Source: Lama glama
Lineage: Eukaryota
Assembly (NCBI GenBank): GCA_028534125.1
Contig: CM052818.1
Location: 42,162,001 to 42,226,000 of the forward strand
Direction: 5' to 3'
Length of the DNA stretch: 64,000 bases
Made by a program: the position numbers and the translations under genes. Each line of letters opens with the position of its first letter. Position 1 is the first letter of the stretch. Below are positions 12,351 through 23,905 of the stretch, piece after piece. The notes below the pieces were generated by a model, which searched no databases, was not told the DNA's origin, and saw only the letters and a program-made list of their open reading frames with translations.

Positions 12351-12482
12351 TAGTGTGACCATCATGTGTTTGTCTAGGACAGTTCCGTTTCATGCCTGTC
12401 TTCCTGGCATAATAATTTTTAAAAAATCACCCCCTTTTGCTCTCAAAAATGTCTCAGTTTGGACAACTAATTAATTGCTGTA
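12351..12482 (-). mobile_element. MER94-like hAT-Blackjack MITE
   Basis: AGTGTGACCAT…GGACAGTTCCGTTT…CCCCCTTTTGCTCTCAAAAATGTCTCAGTTTGGAC resembles the reverse complement of the recalled MER94 consensus. Confidence 0.65.
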
Positions 12483-13562
12483 AATAAGATCCACTAGCCG
12501 TTTGGCTTCAGCCACCCAACCTGTCTTAAATCATCCTAATCCTCTGACTCAGCTGAACTTTGACGAGCTTTGATCACCTCTCTGCCTTTTCTTTCCAACC
12601 CCCATTTCTGATGGCCTCCATCTGGGGTTCTTTTCAGGACACGTATTCTTACCACCTTCTTCCGCTCTCAGGAATATTCTGGATTTTGAATAGTGATGGT
12701 GAAAGCTTTAAAACCTGCCTATCTATCTTCTCCGAGCACCCCTGGTGGTAGAATTTTCCTTCCAGCAGCTGCTCTAAGTTAAATGTCCAGTCACTTTCCA
12801 AATAGTGCTGTTTCTGCCTGTGCTTCTGTTCCTTCAAAACAGAAGCCCCTGGAGGTCCAACCAGCATGGTCTTGTTTCCTGTTTCCTATGGTAAATGGGG
12901 TAAGGGTGACGATGGGGAAAGCAGTCTACACAGTGTGATGATGGTGAGAGAGATACAAATTCTTGATGACGTGTTTGTGGCTGTCTCCTAACACCAGCCA
13001 AGAAGGAAGCAGCCTCTGTCAGCTTAGCCTGTTACCTCCTGACTGCAATCTTGCTGATCAGGTGAAGGTGGTGAAGAAACTGAACAAAGTAGAAAGTGAT
13101 CTCAGTTTCTATCTGAGAAAGGATGAGCCAGGGAAGAGGAATAAAGAGCCAAGGAGACGTGGGGTGTAGAAATGGGAGAGGGCAGTACTGAGTACAACTC
13201 CAGGGGCCACCCCCCACACTGTATTCTATCCGAATGATTGGCGTTCCTGCCTTTTCATAATTGGCAGCACATGCTGTAACAAGTGCTCCCTGGGGCTCCG
13301 CCATGAGGCTCCAGCCAGAGAGGGAGAAGAGATGTCTGGTGTTTGAGATTGAGGATTTGATTAAAAAAAAGAAACCACCATCACCCCCACCAACAACAAA
13401 ACCCAAAACTGCTGTGAAGAGAAGTTCTTGGGAGAGACAGTGTGTAAAAAAGGCTTTTTGGGAAGTTTTTCATTTATTCAACAAATAATAAATATTTGTG
13501 CTCTGCTTTGTGCCAGGTACTGTTATAAACTCTGGGGATTTGGCAGGGATGTACATAGCATC

Positions 13563-14448
13563 TGCAAGATAAAAGGAAAAATATGTGTATTGGTTTTGCC
13601 CCGGGTTCCTGGCATAGGGCTTCTAAAACCCTTGTAATTTCCTAGCTGATAAGTACTGGGAGCATTTTTTGTTCTAATGAGGCAGCTCTGAGTGGGCCCC
13701 TGGATGACTCCTGGACGCTGCCTGGTCACCAGGAAGACCAAGCCATGATTAGAAGCTTCGAATTTTTAGTTCCACCCCTGTCATCCTTCAGAGAGGGGAG
13801 AGGGGGTGGAAGTGGAATTAATAATTGATCACACCTATGTGAGAAAGCTTCCATAAAAATGCCAACAGTAGGAGGTTCTGAGAGCTCCGGGCTGGTGAAC
13901 ATGTCCACACCGGGAGAGAGCTGCACCCCAACTCCACCGGGACAGACACTCCTGCGCTCAGGACCCTCCCAGACCTCACCCTGTGCATCTTTTCATCTGG
14001 CTGCTCATCTGTATCCTTTATCATATCCTTTAACAAAAAACATAAGTGTTTCCTGGATTTTTGTGAGCTGCTCTATCAAATTAATTGAGCCCAAGGAGGG
14101 GGAGACTTTGGAATCTCCTGTTGATAGCCAATTGGCCAGAAGCACAGGCGATAACCTGAGTTTTCTGACTGGCATCTGAAGAGTGTGTGCATGCGCGTGC
14201 GCACGTGTGCGTGGTGGGGGTTAGTCCCGTGAGACTGAGTTCTTAACCTGTGAGATTCATACTGTCTCCAGGTAGATAGTGTCAGAACTGAGCTGAATTC
14301 TTGGACACACTGCTGGTGTCCGAGATTTGCTCGTTGGTGTGGGAAGAAACCTCCACACTTTTGGTGAAGTGTCAGAAGTGAAGAGCTTAGTAAAGGAGAC
14401 TCCCAGGGAAGAAGCACATGGCAAGGAAGAACTGGATTTCCCGTTACA
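13563..14448 (+). mobile_element. MER21-like LTR
   Basis: Characteristic GGTTCCTGGCA…AAAACCCTTG-AATTTCCT, GGTCACCAG-AAGACCAAGCCATGATTAGA, CTCCTGCGCTCAGGACCCT-CCAGACCTC and CTCCAGGTAGATAGTGTCAGAA blocks. Confidence 0.85.
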
Positions 14449-14855
14449 TGATGGGAAAGCTGACTTTTTCCCATTTTGGCATCTAACATGTATGACGTGG
14501 TGCACTCTTCTGGCACAGCCTGCATTTTAGTGAAAGGGAACAGACAATGAACACATGTAATTAAGTATAAATTACAGCATTTTGGTTAATGACAAGTGAT
14601 GGAAAAAATGTAGAGTGGGTGAGGGAGATTTGGAGTTCAGGGAAGGTAGCTGCACATTTAAAACGAGCAATCATGGCAGGCTTCAGAGAGAAGATGGTAT
14701 TTGAGCAAAAACTTGGAGATGAGGGAGAGAAAGGCAAATAATCTGCTAGAAAGCCTTCTAAGCGCAGCGAGGGCCCTTTCAGAGTTCTTGAAGAGGATGT
14801 GCATCTGGTGCGTTCATAAACAGCGAGGCCAGTTTGGCTAAAGGAGGTGGGGGAG

Positions 14856-14968
14856 GGGCGGAGGATATAGTTCAGTGATAGAGTACTGGGTTCCATCACC
14901 AGTACCTCCATTAAAAAAAAAAAGCCAAAAAACTCCTAAAAACAAACAAACAAAAAACTTCAAAAAAA
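14856..14968 (+). mobile_element. Internally deleted camelid-type SINE
   Basis: GGAGGATATAGTTCAGTGATAGAGT joined directly to CTGGGTTCCATCACCAGTACCTCCATTAAAA. Lacks ~20 nt present in the 8660 and 22184 copies. Confidence 0.8.
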
Positions 14969-15819
14969 GGTGATGGGAAGCAGGAGATGAGGTGAGAGAG
15001 GAAGGGGAGCAGGCAGGTGATACAGAGCTTGCTTTGAGGTCATTGAACTTCGAGAGTAATGGGAGCCCTGGCTTCCCAGCAGAGGCTTTTAATTGTATCT
15101 TTGCCTAATGCATATTGATGGATATTATACAGTGTAATTCCTGCAAGAAATGGTCAGCATTTCTGTTTCTTTTGAATGTGGCTCACTGCTGATTCATTCA
15201 GGTGTCAACAGGCTCTGCTCGCAGTACAGGGCTTGCCAAGGAGACGCACTTGTTGAAGGAATGAACAAATGAGGCGGGACCTCCATGTAGGTCCTCTACC
15301 TACTGTTTCAATTTTATTGCCCCCATTCCCTTTCTCGACTGGGGTTCTATCAGCTGCCTGCTCTTTCAAGTATATATTTCTGCCTCTATCTTTGTTCACC
15401 ACAATTCCCTCTCTTTGAAATGCTCTCCCCAAGCCTTCACATGATTTGATTCTGTCTGCTGTGAAAGACCCAGGATAAGCTCCCCTTCAGGCAGATGCTC
15501 TAGATCTCCGGCCTTCGTTGTCTTTTCTGGGCTCCTAGAGCATCAGTCTTCTAAAACCTTTCATTGGTTTAATCTGTCGCGTTCGATAACTTTTTGGTGT
15601 TTAGTTAAAAACCACTGTTGGTACTCTTTCTACGTGTTAGGCAACGAATACATAAATGTAGATTATTTCTCAGGGAGATACTTCTATCATTTTTGTTTTA
15701 TAGAAGCTGACTGGATAAGAGAGTTCAGACTTGGCTGATCTCACGCAATCAGTAAATAGGGAGCGCATGGGGACAAGACCTAAGTTTTACCCCCAAACAA
15801 GCAGTAGGGATTGTCTCTC

Positions 15820-16565
15820 CTGTCCGCAGAAGGGTTAACCGAGTATTTCCTTTCCGCGTCCAGTGAACTCCACCCCTTGCCTTGTAAGTCAAAAGCGGGC
15901 GCGGCCAGGGAAGCTTGTCCTTTGCGGGATGCCGTAGTGGCCCTCCCCCGGCTGCTCGGGTCCGGCCGACATGGCGGCCTCCGAGTTAGCGCCGGCTGGG
16001 AATCCAGGCACTGCGGAGGGCGAGGAGGAGACGATTCTTTACGACTTGCTGGTCAACACTGAGTGGCCCCCAGAGACAGAAGTACAGGTGAACCAGGCCC
16101 CTCCGGGGCTGCGGCCAGCTTGGCGCGGGCGCTGCACCGGCAGAGCCACGTAGCAGGAGCCGCGCAGGAGAGGGGAGCCGGGTGGGCGGGGGAGCAGGGG
16201 CTGGGGCGGTCGCCTGGCAAGGGCTCCGGGGGTCCGGGTCCGCTAAGTGGGGTTTCCTGGGTTTCCTCCTGGGCTCCAAATTCGGTTGTCGGGGGCGCGG
16301 AACCTCGGGCTCTGAGGCTTGTACCTTCCCACTCTGGTATCTGAGTTTTACCACCCGGTTCTTGGACGGGAGGCACAGCATTGAACTCGAGGGTCCTCTT
16401 CATAGCTAGACTCTTGGTGGTCCCTCGCTAGGACTGGCCTGGGCAGATCCTCATCTGCAGTGGGAGAATTTTCTAGGACCTTACAGTCATCTCAGCATCT
16501 GGCGGGCTGCCGTGGAGTGCATCATCGAACCTCTACTCCTACTTGGGCCTGAATCGCGCCGATTC
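15820..16565 (+). promoter_or_regulatory. CpG-island promoter of NBAS (no obvious TATA box), with a YY1-like motif over the start codon
   Basis: Abrupt rise in GC and CpG density around exon 1 in otherwise CpG-poor DNA. ACATGGCGGC at 15969-15978. Confidence 0.88.
15971..16087 (+). CDS. NBAS: NBAS coding exon 1 (117 nt; MAASELAPAGNPGTAEGEEETILYDLLVNTEWPPETEVQ)
   Basis: Translation matches the recalled human NBAS N-terminus (…GTAEGEEETILYDLLVNTEWPPETEVQ). Good Kozak context GACATGG inside a CpG island. Donor CAG|GTGAAC. Confidence 0.97.
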
Positions 16566-18213
16566 TTGTTTATTTAGTAAACAAGCATTTAATAAGTGTC
16601 TGCATGTGTCCGTCTCTGTCCCACATACAGTGCCAGGCGCTGGGCTTACAGAGGGGAATAACTTAAGTGGTGCTTGCAGTCTAGAGGACGACAGTCTAGT
16701 AAATGTTTGTCACCACCTTCCAGTAATATGCGCTACAATAGCGGTGTGAGCAGAATGCCCCGAAAGTGAAGATTTAGGAGCTACTGACCCGGGGTTGGGT
16801 TCTCTGCTAGAAAGGGCGATGTGGGGGTTGGTAATCTGAACTGGACCTTGGGGTTATTAGTTTCGTAGAGAGGGTGTCCCAGGCACAGGGTGAAAGTAAG
16901 AACCAGGAATCTGTATTTATTCAACAGAAATATATTGAGTGCGTAACGTGTGCCAGTCACTGTTTTAAGCTCAGAAGATGCAGCAAGATTGAAAAGGATT
17001 TTTATTAAAGGTCATGGAGTCCAGCTCCTATGAATTCTTGTTTACTGGATCTTTTTTTTTTCTGAGTTTTTTGTTTAACTGGAGAGAGTACTCATTCTCC
17101 TGTGTCTCCTGTAAAGTTTGTAGTTTATCTTTAACCTTCTCACTGCAGTTTCTTCTTGTCTTGAGTAATTTATTTTGTAGGCTGGCAGAGATCCTCATAT
17201 ATTATTATTTTTCAAGTATCTACTTCGTTTCTGTTTGTCTTGAACCGTGAACATTTTGTAGGATGTGCAGCTAGGAAACTTGCTGGTGCCACTGGTTAGA
17301 TAAGGCTAAGTTTCCATTCCTTAGCCCTCACTGGTTAACTACAAGCATGTTTCAGAAGGCTTAACATTGTAAATTGATTTAAAAAAATAAGCACAGCCTC
17401 AGCTTACATTAAAACCTCGAACCCCCTTTTTTTTTTGGTTTAGTTCTGTTGATTTCAACCAGACTACAAGCTCTTGGAAGGCAGCTGTATCTGATTTATC
17501 TTTATATCCCTCCCCAGGACCAAGTTCTGTCTGCATGAGGTGGATGATCAGTTCATGTTTGTTGAATGAAATAACTTTCCTGTGATTTTAAGCCATCTCT
17601 GTCTGCACTTACTGGATGGCCATTGTCCCTTTCTTAATAGCACATTACTGTATCTTAGTCACTGTGGTGCCTGGTACTGCCTATGCCATGTTTAGTCTAT
17701 ATTTAAGAAACTATTTAATGTATCAATTATATATCAGTGTGGATGTTGGTAGTGTTTTCTCTCTGGATATATAACCAATATTCAATAAATTTGCCTTGAG
17801 GCTTGAGTTTATTAATTCACATGACCACTTTTCCTGCAAGCAAAATTTGCTTTAGGCTTCTGTATCCCACTAAAACAGACGGTGCTGAACTGGCGACTGG
17901 CGACCAGCGACCAACGTGGTCTTTGCCCTCGACTTCTCACTGATGTTTTGATTTGGAAACTTCGGTTTTCAGTCCTTGTCCTCCCCTGCAAAACTGATCC
18001 TGGCAAACGCCTGTAACTCTGCCATGCTCACTTGCACTCCCACTGTTCCTAGTCCTGCTTCTCCTTGTTTTGCTTTTATCTAAAAGTAGTTTTTAAATAC
18101 TGGTAACTTGTGTTTAGTACTCTGTTGGGAAAGAAATAATAACTTTACCTATTGTGTAAGTATTACTAGGAAATTTTCAAATGTGTTTTTTGTTTTTGTT
18201 TTTCCATTTGCAG

Positions 18214-18268
18214 CCTAGAGGCACCCGAAAACATGGTGCATCCTTTATCATCACGAAAGCAATTAGGG
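18214..18268 (+). CDS. NBAS: NBAS coding exon 2 (55 nt; PRGTRKHGASFIITKAIR+G)
   Basis: Pyrimidine tract and TTGCAG acceptor, donor GGG|GTAAGT. Continues the frame and matches human PRGNQKHGASFIITKAIR. Confidence 0.96.
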
Positions 18269-19804
18269 GTAAGTATAGTTTATTTTTCTACATATAATGG
18301 TATAGTTAGCAGATAATTTTTTCCCATTCATGTTTTTTCCTATTCATAACTGCTGTTTTAGGAAGTTTAGGGATTTGAAAATGTGTTCTTTTGACTTCTA
18401 ATGTAGCGCCTGATTAAAAGTGAATAGCATAAATGTTACCTAAGTTTTATTTTATAAAAAGTCTATTTTAACTAGACATATGTGTCTATTTGTAAATATA
18501 CATGTGTGTGTGTACACACACATAAATGTATACGTATGTTTATACACACACACATTTTTAATGCAGCTTAAAGTATGGCCTGAGTTTAACCATTACTGAT
18601 GTATCCTAGAAGAAATGAAGAAAATCAAGCCCACCATGACTCTCAGAGAGTCTACAAACGCTGAAGGTGGAAAGACGGTGACAGACCATTTTAAGTGGTT
18701 TACATTGATGTTTCAGGGACATCTGGTCGGAGTTATTCAAATTACAGATTTGATTAACCAGGGCAGTTGTTTAACTCCTGACAGACTTTACATATGAGCT
18801 CATAGGATCTGAGGAAGTACTGAGCACTAGATGCCTTAAGCAGGTGTTTTGATGGCTTTATGTATGTTAATTGATGTAATCCTTTACCAGACCAGCAAAG
18901 TGTAGGTGATGATAAGAATTTATACTTTTAGATGAGGAAACTTGCCCGGGATCATTCATCTGGAATTTGACTACATGTCTTTCTGACTCCAAAGCCCATT
19001 CTTATTATACCAGGGTATTTCAGCTACTTATAGAGTGAAAATTCAGTTTCAAAAGAGTTGAGTACCTGAAATTAATTATAATTGTAGCTCCTGGTACAAG
19101 AAGCAGCTGCATAATTCAATTTCATTATCACAAATGTAAAATTTTGAAAATTTAGAAAATATACACAAGTAATAAAAATAATTGTACAAAGTTTAGAGAA
19201 TATAAATAACGACAAATTAGAATAAATCTTCATTTTACCACCCAGAGATAATCTTTTATCCTTCAGACCTTTTGCTGTTGACTTCATAACTTCATAACTG
19301 TGTATACATGTTCACACATACACATGTTTTAAATGGGATCGTATAAAACATTACTTGTCAATAGAATTTCCCACAGACTTCCTCATTTTAAGCATCATTA
19401 TTTTTTAAGTTTTTGCTATGAAGTGTAAAATGATACCTTAATCTTTATATAAGTACTTTGGTTTTAATGGGTGATTACTTTGACTTCTACTCTGATTTTA
19501 TTAAAACCTCTTAGGTGAAATTTGGCATCTCAAATCACTGTAACTTGTACTGTTAGGAAATGCTTCAAAGTTTTGAATAACACAAACTTGGGACTTAATA
19601 GAACAAATATAGGATCTTGTAAAAGTTAGTAGTGTATATTAGATTATATTTATTCTCTTCAGGGTTGTGTCCTCCGTGTTTTGTTTTGTAATGACTCAGT
19701 CTACAGTGTATTTTTATTATTTATTCTCAATAAATCTAAAATTGCAAATGATTCCTCAAGAATAGCTCATTCATATTTGGCTTTGCTGTTTCTTTTTATT
19801 ACAG

Positions 19805-19841
19805 ACCGTTTATTATTTTTACGCCAATATATCTGGTACAG
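19805..19841 (+). CDS. NBAS: NBAS coding exon 3 (37 nt; (D)RLLFLRQYIWY(S))
   Basis: TTACAG acceptor, CAG|GTGAGT donor, phases 1->2 consistent, peptide matches NBAS. Confidence 0.96.
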
Positions 19842-20176
19842 GTGAGTCATCCCTTCTCTGTGCATCGGAGAAGGTTCGTTAGGTTTCAGTTCTTGGCTAC
19901 TTTTTAATTCTTTTGTGTATTAAGTATGTTTTTAGGCCTGGTGCTAATTTTCAGCTATAAAAGGAACAATTATGAAATGATTATTCTGACCAAGGATATA
20001 ATTCGGCTTTTAGATACATGTGTTCCAGGAATTGCTTTGTAGAACTGTTTACAGCAGATTCCTTTTTCCTTAAGGACGTCTAATCTTAAGAGCTCCAGAG
20101 ATAATATAGTTTTAGTTCCATAAAAAAGACCTTTGGTTCTTCTTTGGGGTTAGCTCCTTTGCTTTCCTGCTGTTAG

Positions 20177-20180
<4 letters not shown>

Positions 20181-20207
<27 letters not shown>

Positions 20208-20229
20208 AAGTGTAAGTGTAAGTGTAAGT
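20181..20229 (+). repeat. Compound microsatellite (TG)13 followed by (GTAAGT)4
   Basis: Read directly: TG x13 at 20181-20206; GTAAGT at 20206, 20212, 20218 and 20224. Confidence 0.97.
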
Positions 20230-22008
20230 TTCTGATTTAATTTTGTCTTAACTTTGGGGAGTGTGGGTTGTGATGGAGTAGGGAACGGAGCCGGGGAGAA
20301 GGTGGTAGTGGGGAGAGGTGTGGAGGAGGTAGGCTGCCTTTCCTGGGCTGGCAGAAAACGTTGGTTGCGGTTGCTTCTTGACAGTAAGTCCTGTTGTTAC
20401 TTATTGAGGAGGAGGACTTGCAAGAGCCCCTCTGTGACAAGCCTTGTTCTGTGTGACATCAGCTTAAGGTGAGGCGTCGGGAGGTATTTCTCCCAGGAAG
20501 CCCTTCGCCTGCGTTGGCCACGCCACTCAGTGTGCAGGTCGGGAACTCACCGCGGGATGATTATCTAGTCTTCTCCATGTTACGTTTCTTTCGAAAAACT
20601 CGTTCAGTTTTCTGCTCTTGAGTTTTATGGTTGTAATACCTAAAGGTTTTGGGGCCAATGTTTGTTTCAAGTGGCTTTTTCTTTTTGTTTTTTTATTCCT
20701 TTCATTTATGAGAGTTATAGACAATAGTATAATGAACCTCCTGTGGTTTGTATCTATATCCGAGTTAAAGTGGTTGTTGCTCTTCTGCCATATTTGCTTC
20801 AGGGAGCCCTCTTTTTTTTTTTTCACGCAAAATGTTATAGCTTAGGTCCACTCCTCACCCTCAGCCGTACTGCCTCTGCCCCTCCTTTCTTCTCCCTTCC
20901 CCTCCAGAGGAAATTACCGTTCTCATGTTGATTGCATCATTCATGTGTATGTTTCTGATCTTTATTATATCTGTATCTATCCCATGGCATTAAATATTTT
21001 GTGTTTTAAAAAATGAACATAAATATACTGGATGTATATTACTAATTTTTTATAATCTTATTTTGTGTTTTCTAATTTCTATAGTGTGTTTTTTTCCTAT
21101 TTCTTCCCCTGTCAAACTATTTCTTTATTCTTCTTTTCCACCTGGTTTCTTGATTTCATGTGTTACCCCTTTAATTTGTTTTATCTGGTGCACATATGGT
21201 GAATTGTTCCCTCGTGTCTTTTGTGAATGGTGCTATTGTGACCTTCTGCTTGAGAATCTTGCATCAGGTGAGTGAAACTGCAGTCCAGCCTTGCATACAG
21301 TAAACACTTGAGGTTTTGATTTTCCACAGGACGATTCATTCCCATCCCCCCACAGATCAGGATTCCAGGCAGAGATGAGATTCCTGCAAGCCTCCCTGGG
21401 CCCTGGGGAGGTCTGTCTAGTTCTTTCACTGATGGTGTAGTCACGTGAGGGTCTTGGCCTTCGCAGGAGTCTCTCGTCCAACTCCTGTCCTCCGTTGGCC
21501 CACAGCTCATTTCCTACCCAGGTGTTAACTCTTGTGTTGCATTCTTCTTCCTCCCTTTGTCCTGGACCCAATTCTGACTTTCAGTTTTCTTTTCATTTGT
21601 AGTTCTTGGAGATTTCTCTTTCTTTCTCGTGAGTGTGGGTGTACACTAGAATTTGTGTTTGTGAGTTGAGACAGAAATTCTAGGTGTACATTGCAGGAAG
21701 GGTCTCTTCTAAGCTCACTCTGCTCTGTTTCTGGCACCCTCAGTATCTTTTCCTTAGAAAGAACATTAAATTCATGTCATTGAGCAAATCACCATGTTTT
21801 TCTGTAAATAGAGAAGTGAATGTGGTCAAATTTCAGATATCCAATAAGTGACTTTAGGTTTTGGGTTTGCTGGTATTCACTTTTTATAGTCTAATGGAAA
21901 AAAAAATCCCTGTTGCTTGCTATAGATCTATGCTGTTTATAATATTTACCTACTTACATGTAATTTTCATGATTAGATTTTAAGTTAGCTAATGTGTTGT
22001 GATTTCAG

Positions 22009-22086
22009 CCCTGCACCTTTTTTGCTCCCTGATGGACTGGTTCGCTTGGTTAATAAACAGATAAACTGGCATTTGGTGCTTGCAAG
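22009..22086 (+). CDS. NBAS: NBAS coding exon 4 (78 nt; PAPFLLPDGLVRLVNKQINWHLVLA(S))
   Basis: TTTCAG acceptor, AAG|GTAAGG donor, phase 2->2, peptide matches NBAS. Confidence 0.96.
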
Positions 22087-22183
22087 GTAAGGATGTATAG
22101 AATCATGTAATGTTCCTCTGCCTGGATTAGCATTTAAAATCCATTATGGATGTTAATTTTGGGGTCCATATTGGCTTGTAGTC

Positions 22184-22335
22184 TTTTTTTTTTTTAAAGT
22201 GGGGGAGGAGGGTAATTAGATTTGTTTATTTTTATTTATTTATTTATTTATTTACTTAATGGAGGTACTGGGGATTGAACCCAGAACCTTGTGCATACTA
22301 AGCAGACACTCTACCACTGAGTTATACCCCCAGCC
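22184..22335 (-). mobile_element. Full-length camelid-type SINE, antisense in intron 4
   Basis: Poly(T), (TTTA)n, GGAGGTACTGGGGATTGAACCCAG (B box rc) and CTCTACCACTGAGTTATACCC (A box rc). Confidence 0.9.
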
Positions 22336-22589
22336 TTGAGTTTTGATTGTATATAAATTGCCTTTGTCACACATGATTAGTATTGTTTAAATGTGTTCAT
22401 TTAATTTAACTGTATTTAATCATTCTTTTGTACCTATATACTCATCTAATTATAAGACCAAAAGTTGGATAATTAAAACATGTGAAAAAAAATTAAAAAT
22501 GATTTGAACTTCTTAAAATAATCCCATCTATGTTGAGTACGGCTACAAATATTCACATAGATTTTTGTTTCTCTTTCTGCCCATGACAG

Positions 22590-22637
22590 CAATGGAAAAC
22601 TTCTGGCTGCTGTTCAAGATCAGTGTGTGGAGATCAG
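22590..22637 (+). CDS. NBAS: NBAS coding exon 5 (48 nt; NGKLLAAVQDQCVEI(R))
   Basis: TGACAG acceptor, CAG|GTAACT donor, phase 2->2, peptide matches NBAS. Confidence 0.96.
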
Positions 22638-23699
22638 GTAACTGTTAATATTATTCATATTAAAAAATTTTCCTTGAGAAAAGTTCTCCTTAATTTATGG
22701 GAACTAAGATTCTTTTTTTTAAAATTTAACTATGGTTGATTTACAATAACTAAGAATTTTCAAGGGATTATGTGACTATTAACTCACACACTGTTTTAGC
22801 CTTCTGTTTGTGAAGTTTATTCTCCCATTTATCCAACTAGAACTGAACCCCTCAACATCTTGGGGAGTAGACAGAGAGTTTGCCCCCACTGGGGCACCGA
22901 CTTTAGATCAGGAGTCTCAGTGATCCTTCTCAAAACCATCAGGTTAGAAATGATTGGCAGTAATGACAGCCTTTCAGAACTTCAGTACTTCATCTGGATG
23001 CCTTTAATAGGCAGGGCCTTCTTTTCTAACAGCAACATTGAGCATCAAGTTGATACAGTATTTGAACTGATACTAGTCATAGAAATGGGCTGGCTAGTAC
23101 TTCCTACCCCATTGGCTGCAGTGATGTGAAAAGTATCTTTTGAGAAATGGGCTCATTGGGTGACTTCTTTGTGAGCAGCAGATAATAGTCAAAATTTCCA
23201 TCTCTTTCCCATGAAACGAGAACATTAACAGAATGATTTTAGGTGTTAGGGTTGGAATATGTATTTGGGGATGGGATTGATATTTAGCTTGTCAAGGAGG
23301 CTTTGACCAAGGGTTTCTGGAACTTGTTAATAAAATTGTGATGAAAAGGAAAAAAAAGTGACTTACTTTTATAAAAGAATTTGTTACTGGGTTGTTAGCA
23401 TATAAAATAATATTTATAAAACTTATTTCCAGCCCTCTAGGAATTCACTCCTACATTTGAGATTAAGTGGTGAGGGAAGATTTCTGGGCAACAGAAGTGA
23501 TGCTCGTCAAGATTTTAGTAATCTGGCCTGTAGTTGCAAAAGCTTTGTAACTTAGTATATCTAAAGACTCTTATCTGGTGAAGAGTCAACTTTATCAGGA
23601 GGCCTTTCAGGAACACATTCCGAGTGGATCCCCCTTCCCCTCATTGGTTAGGTGCTGATTCTCTATGCTCCTATAATAATCAACACATTATTATACTTA

Positions 23700-23905
23700 A
23701 TGATAAGGTTATGCTAATAATGTTGGGCACTGTTGTGTTTTACATGTGTTAACTCCCTCGTGAAGAACCCCTGTGAAGTGGGTATAACTATTTTTCTCTA
23801 TTTTAGAAATGAGGAAGCTGGCAAAATGCGGTTAAGTAACTTGCCCAAGGATTTGAAATCAGCCATCCTAGCTTCAGTGTTCATGCTCTTATCTACAAAT
23901 CTGTG
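23700..23905 (-). mobile_element. MIR
   Basis: AACCCCTGTGAAGTGGGTAT…ATTTTAGAAATGAGGAAGCTG…GGTTAAGTAACTTGCCCAAGG. Confidence 0.8.

Larger units (their letters stand above)
13468..15080 (-). mobile_element. L2 3' portion hosting a MER21-like LTR and a SINE
   Basis: TTCATTTATTCAACAAAT…TGTGCCAGGTACTGT tail at 13468-13560. L2 body resumes near 14510 (GGCTTCAGAGAGAAGATGGTATTTGAGC…). Confidence 0.7.

Noticed and set aside
1..15800. Search for DDX1 or another divergent gene upstream
   Set aside because: No second CpG island or recognisable coding exon. The neighbour known from human synteny would lie outside the window.
18478..18555. TG/CA palindromic low-complexity tract (similar tracts near 46870 and 47550)
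   Set aside because: Ordinary degenerate dinucleotide repeats whose self-complementarity follows from composition.
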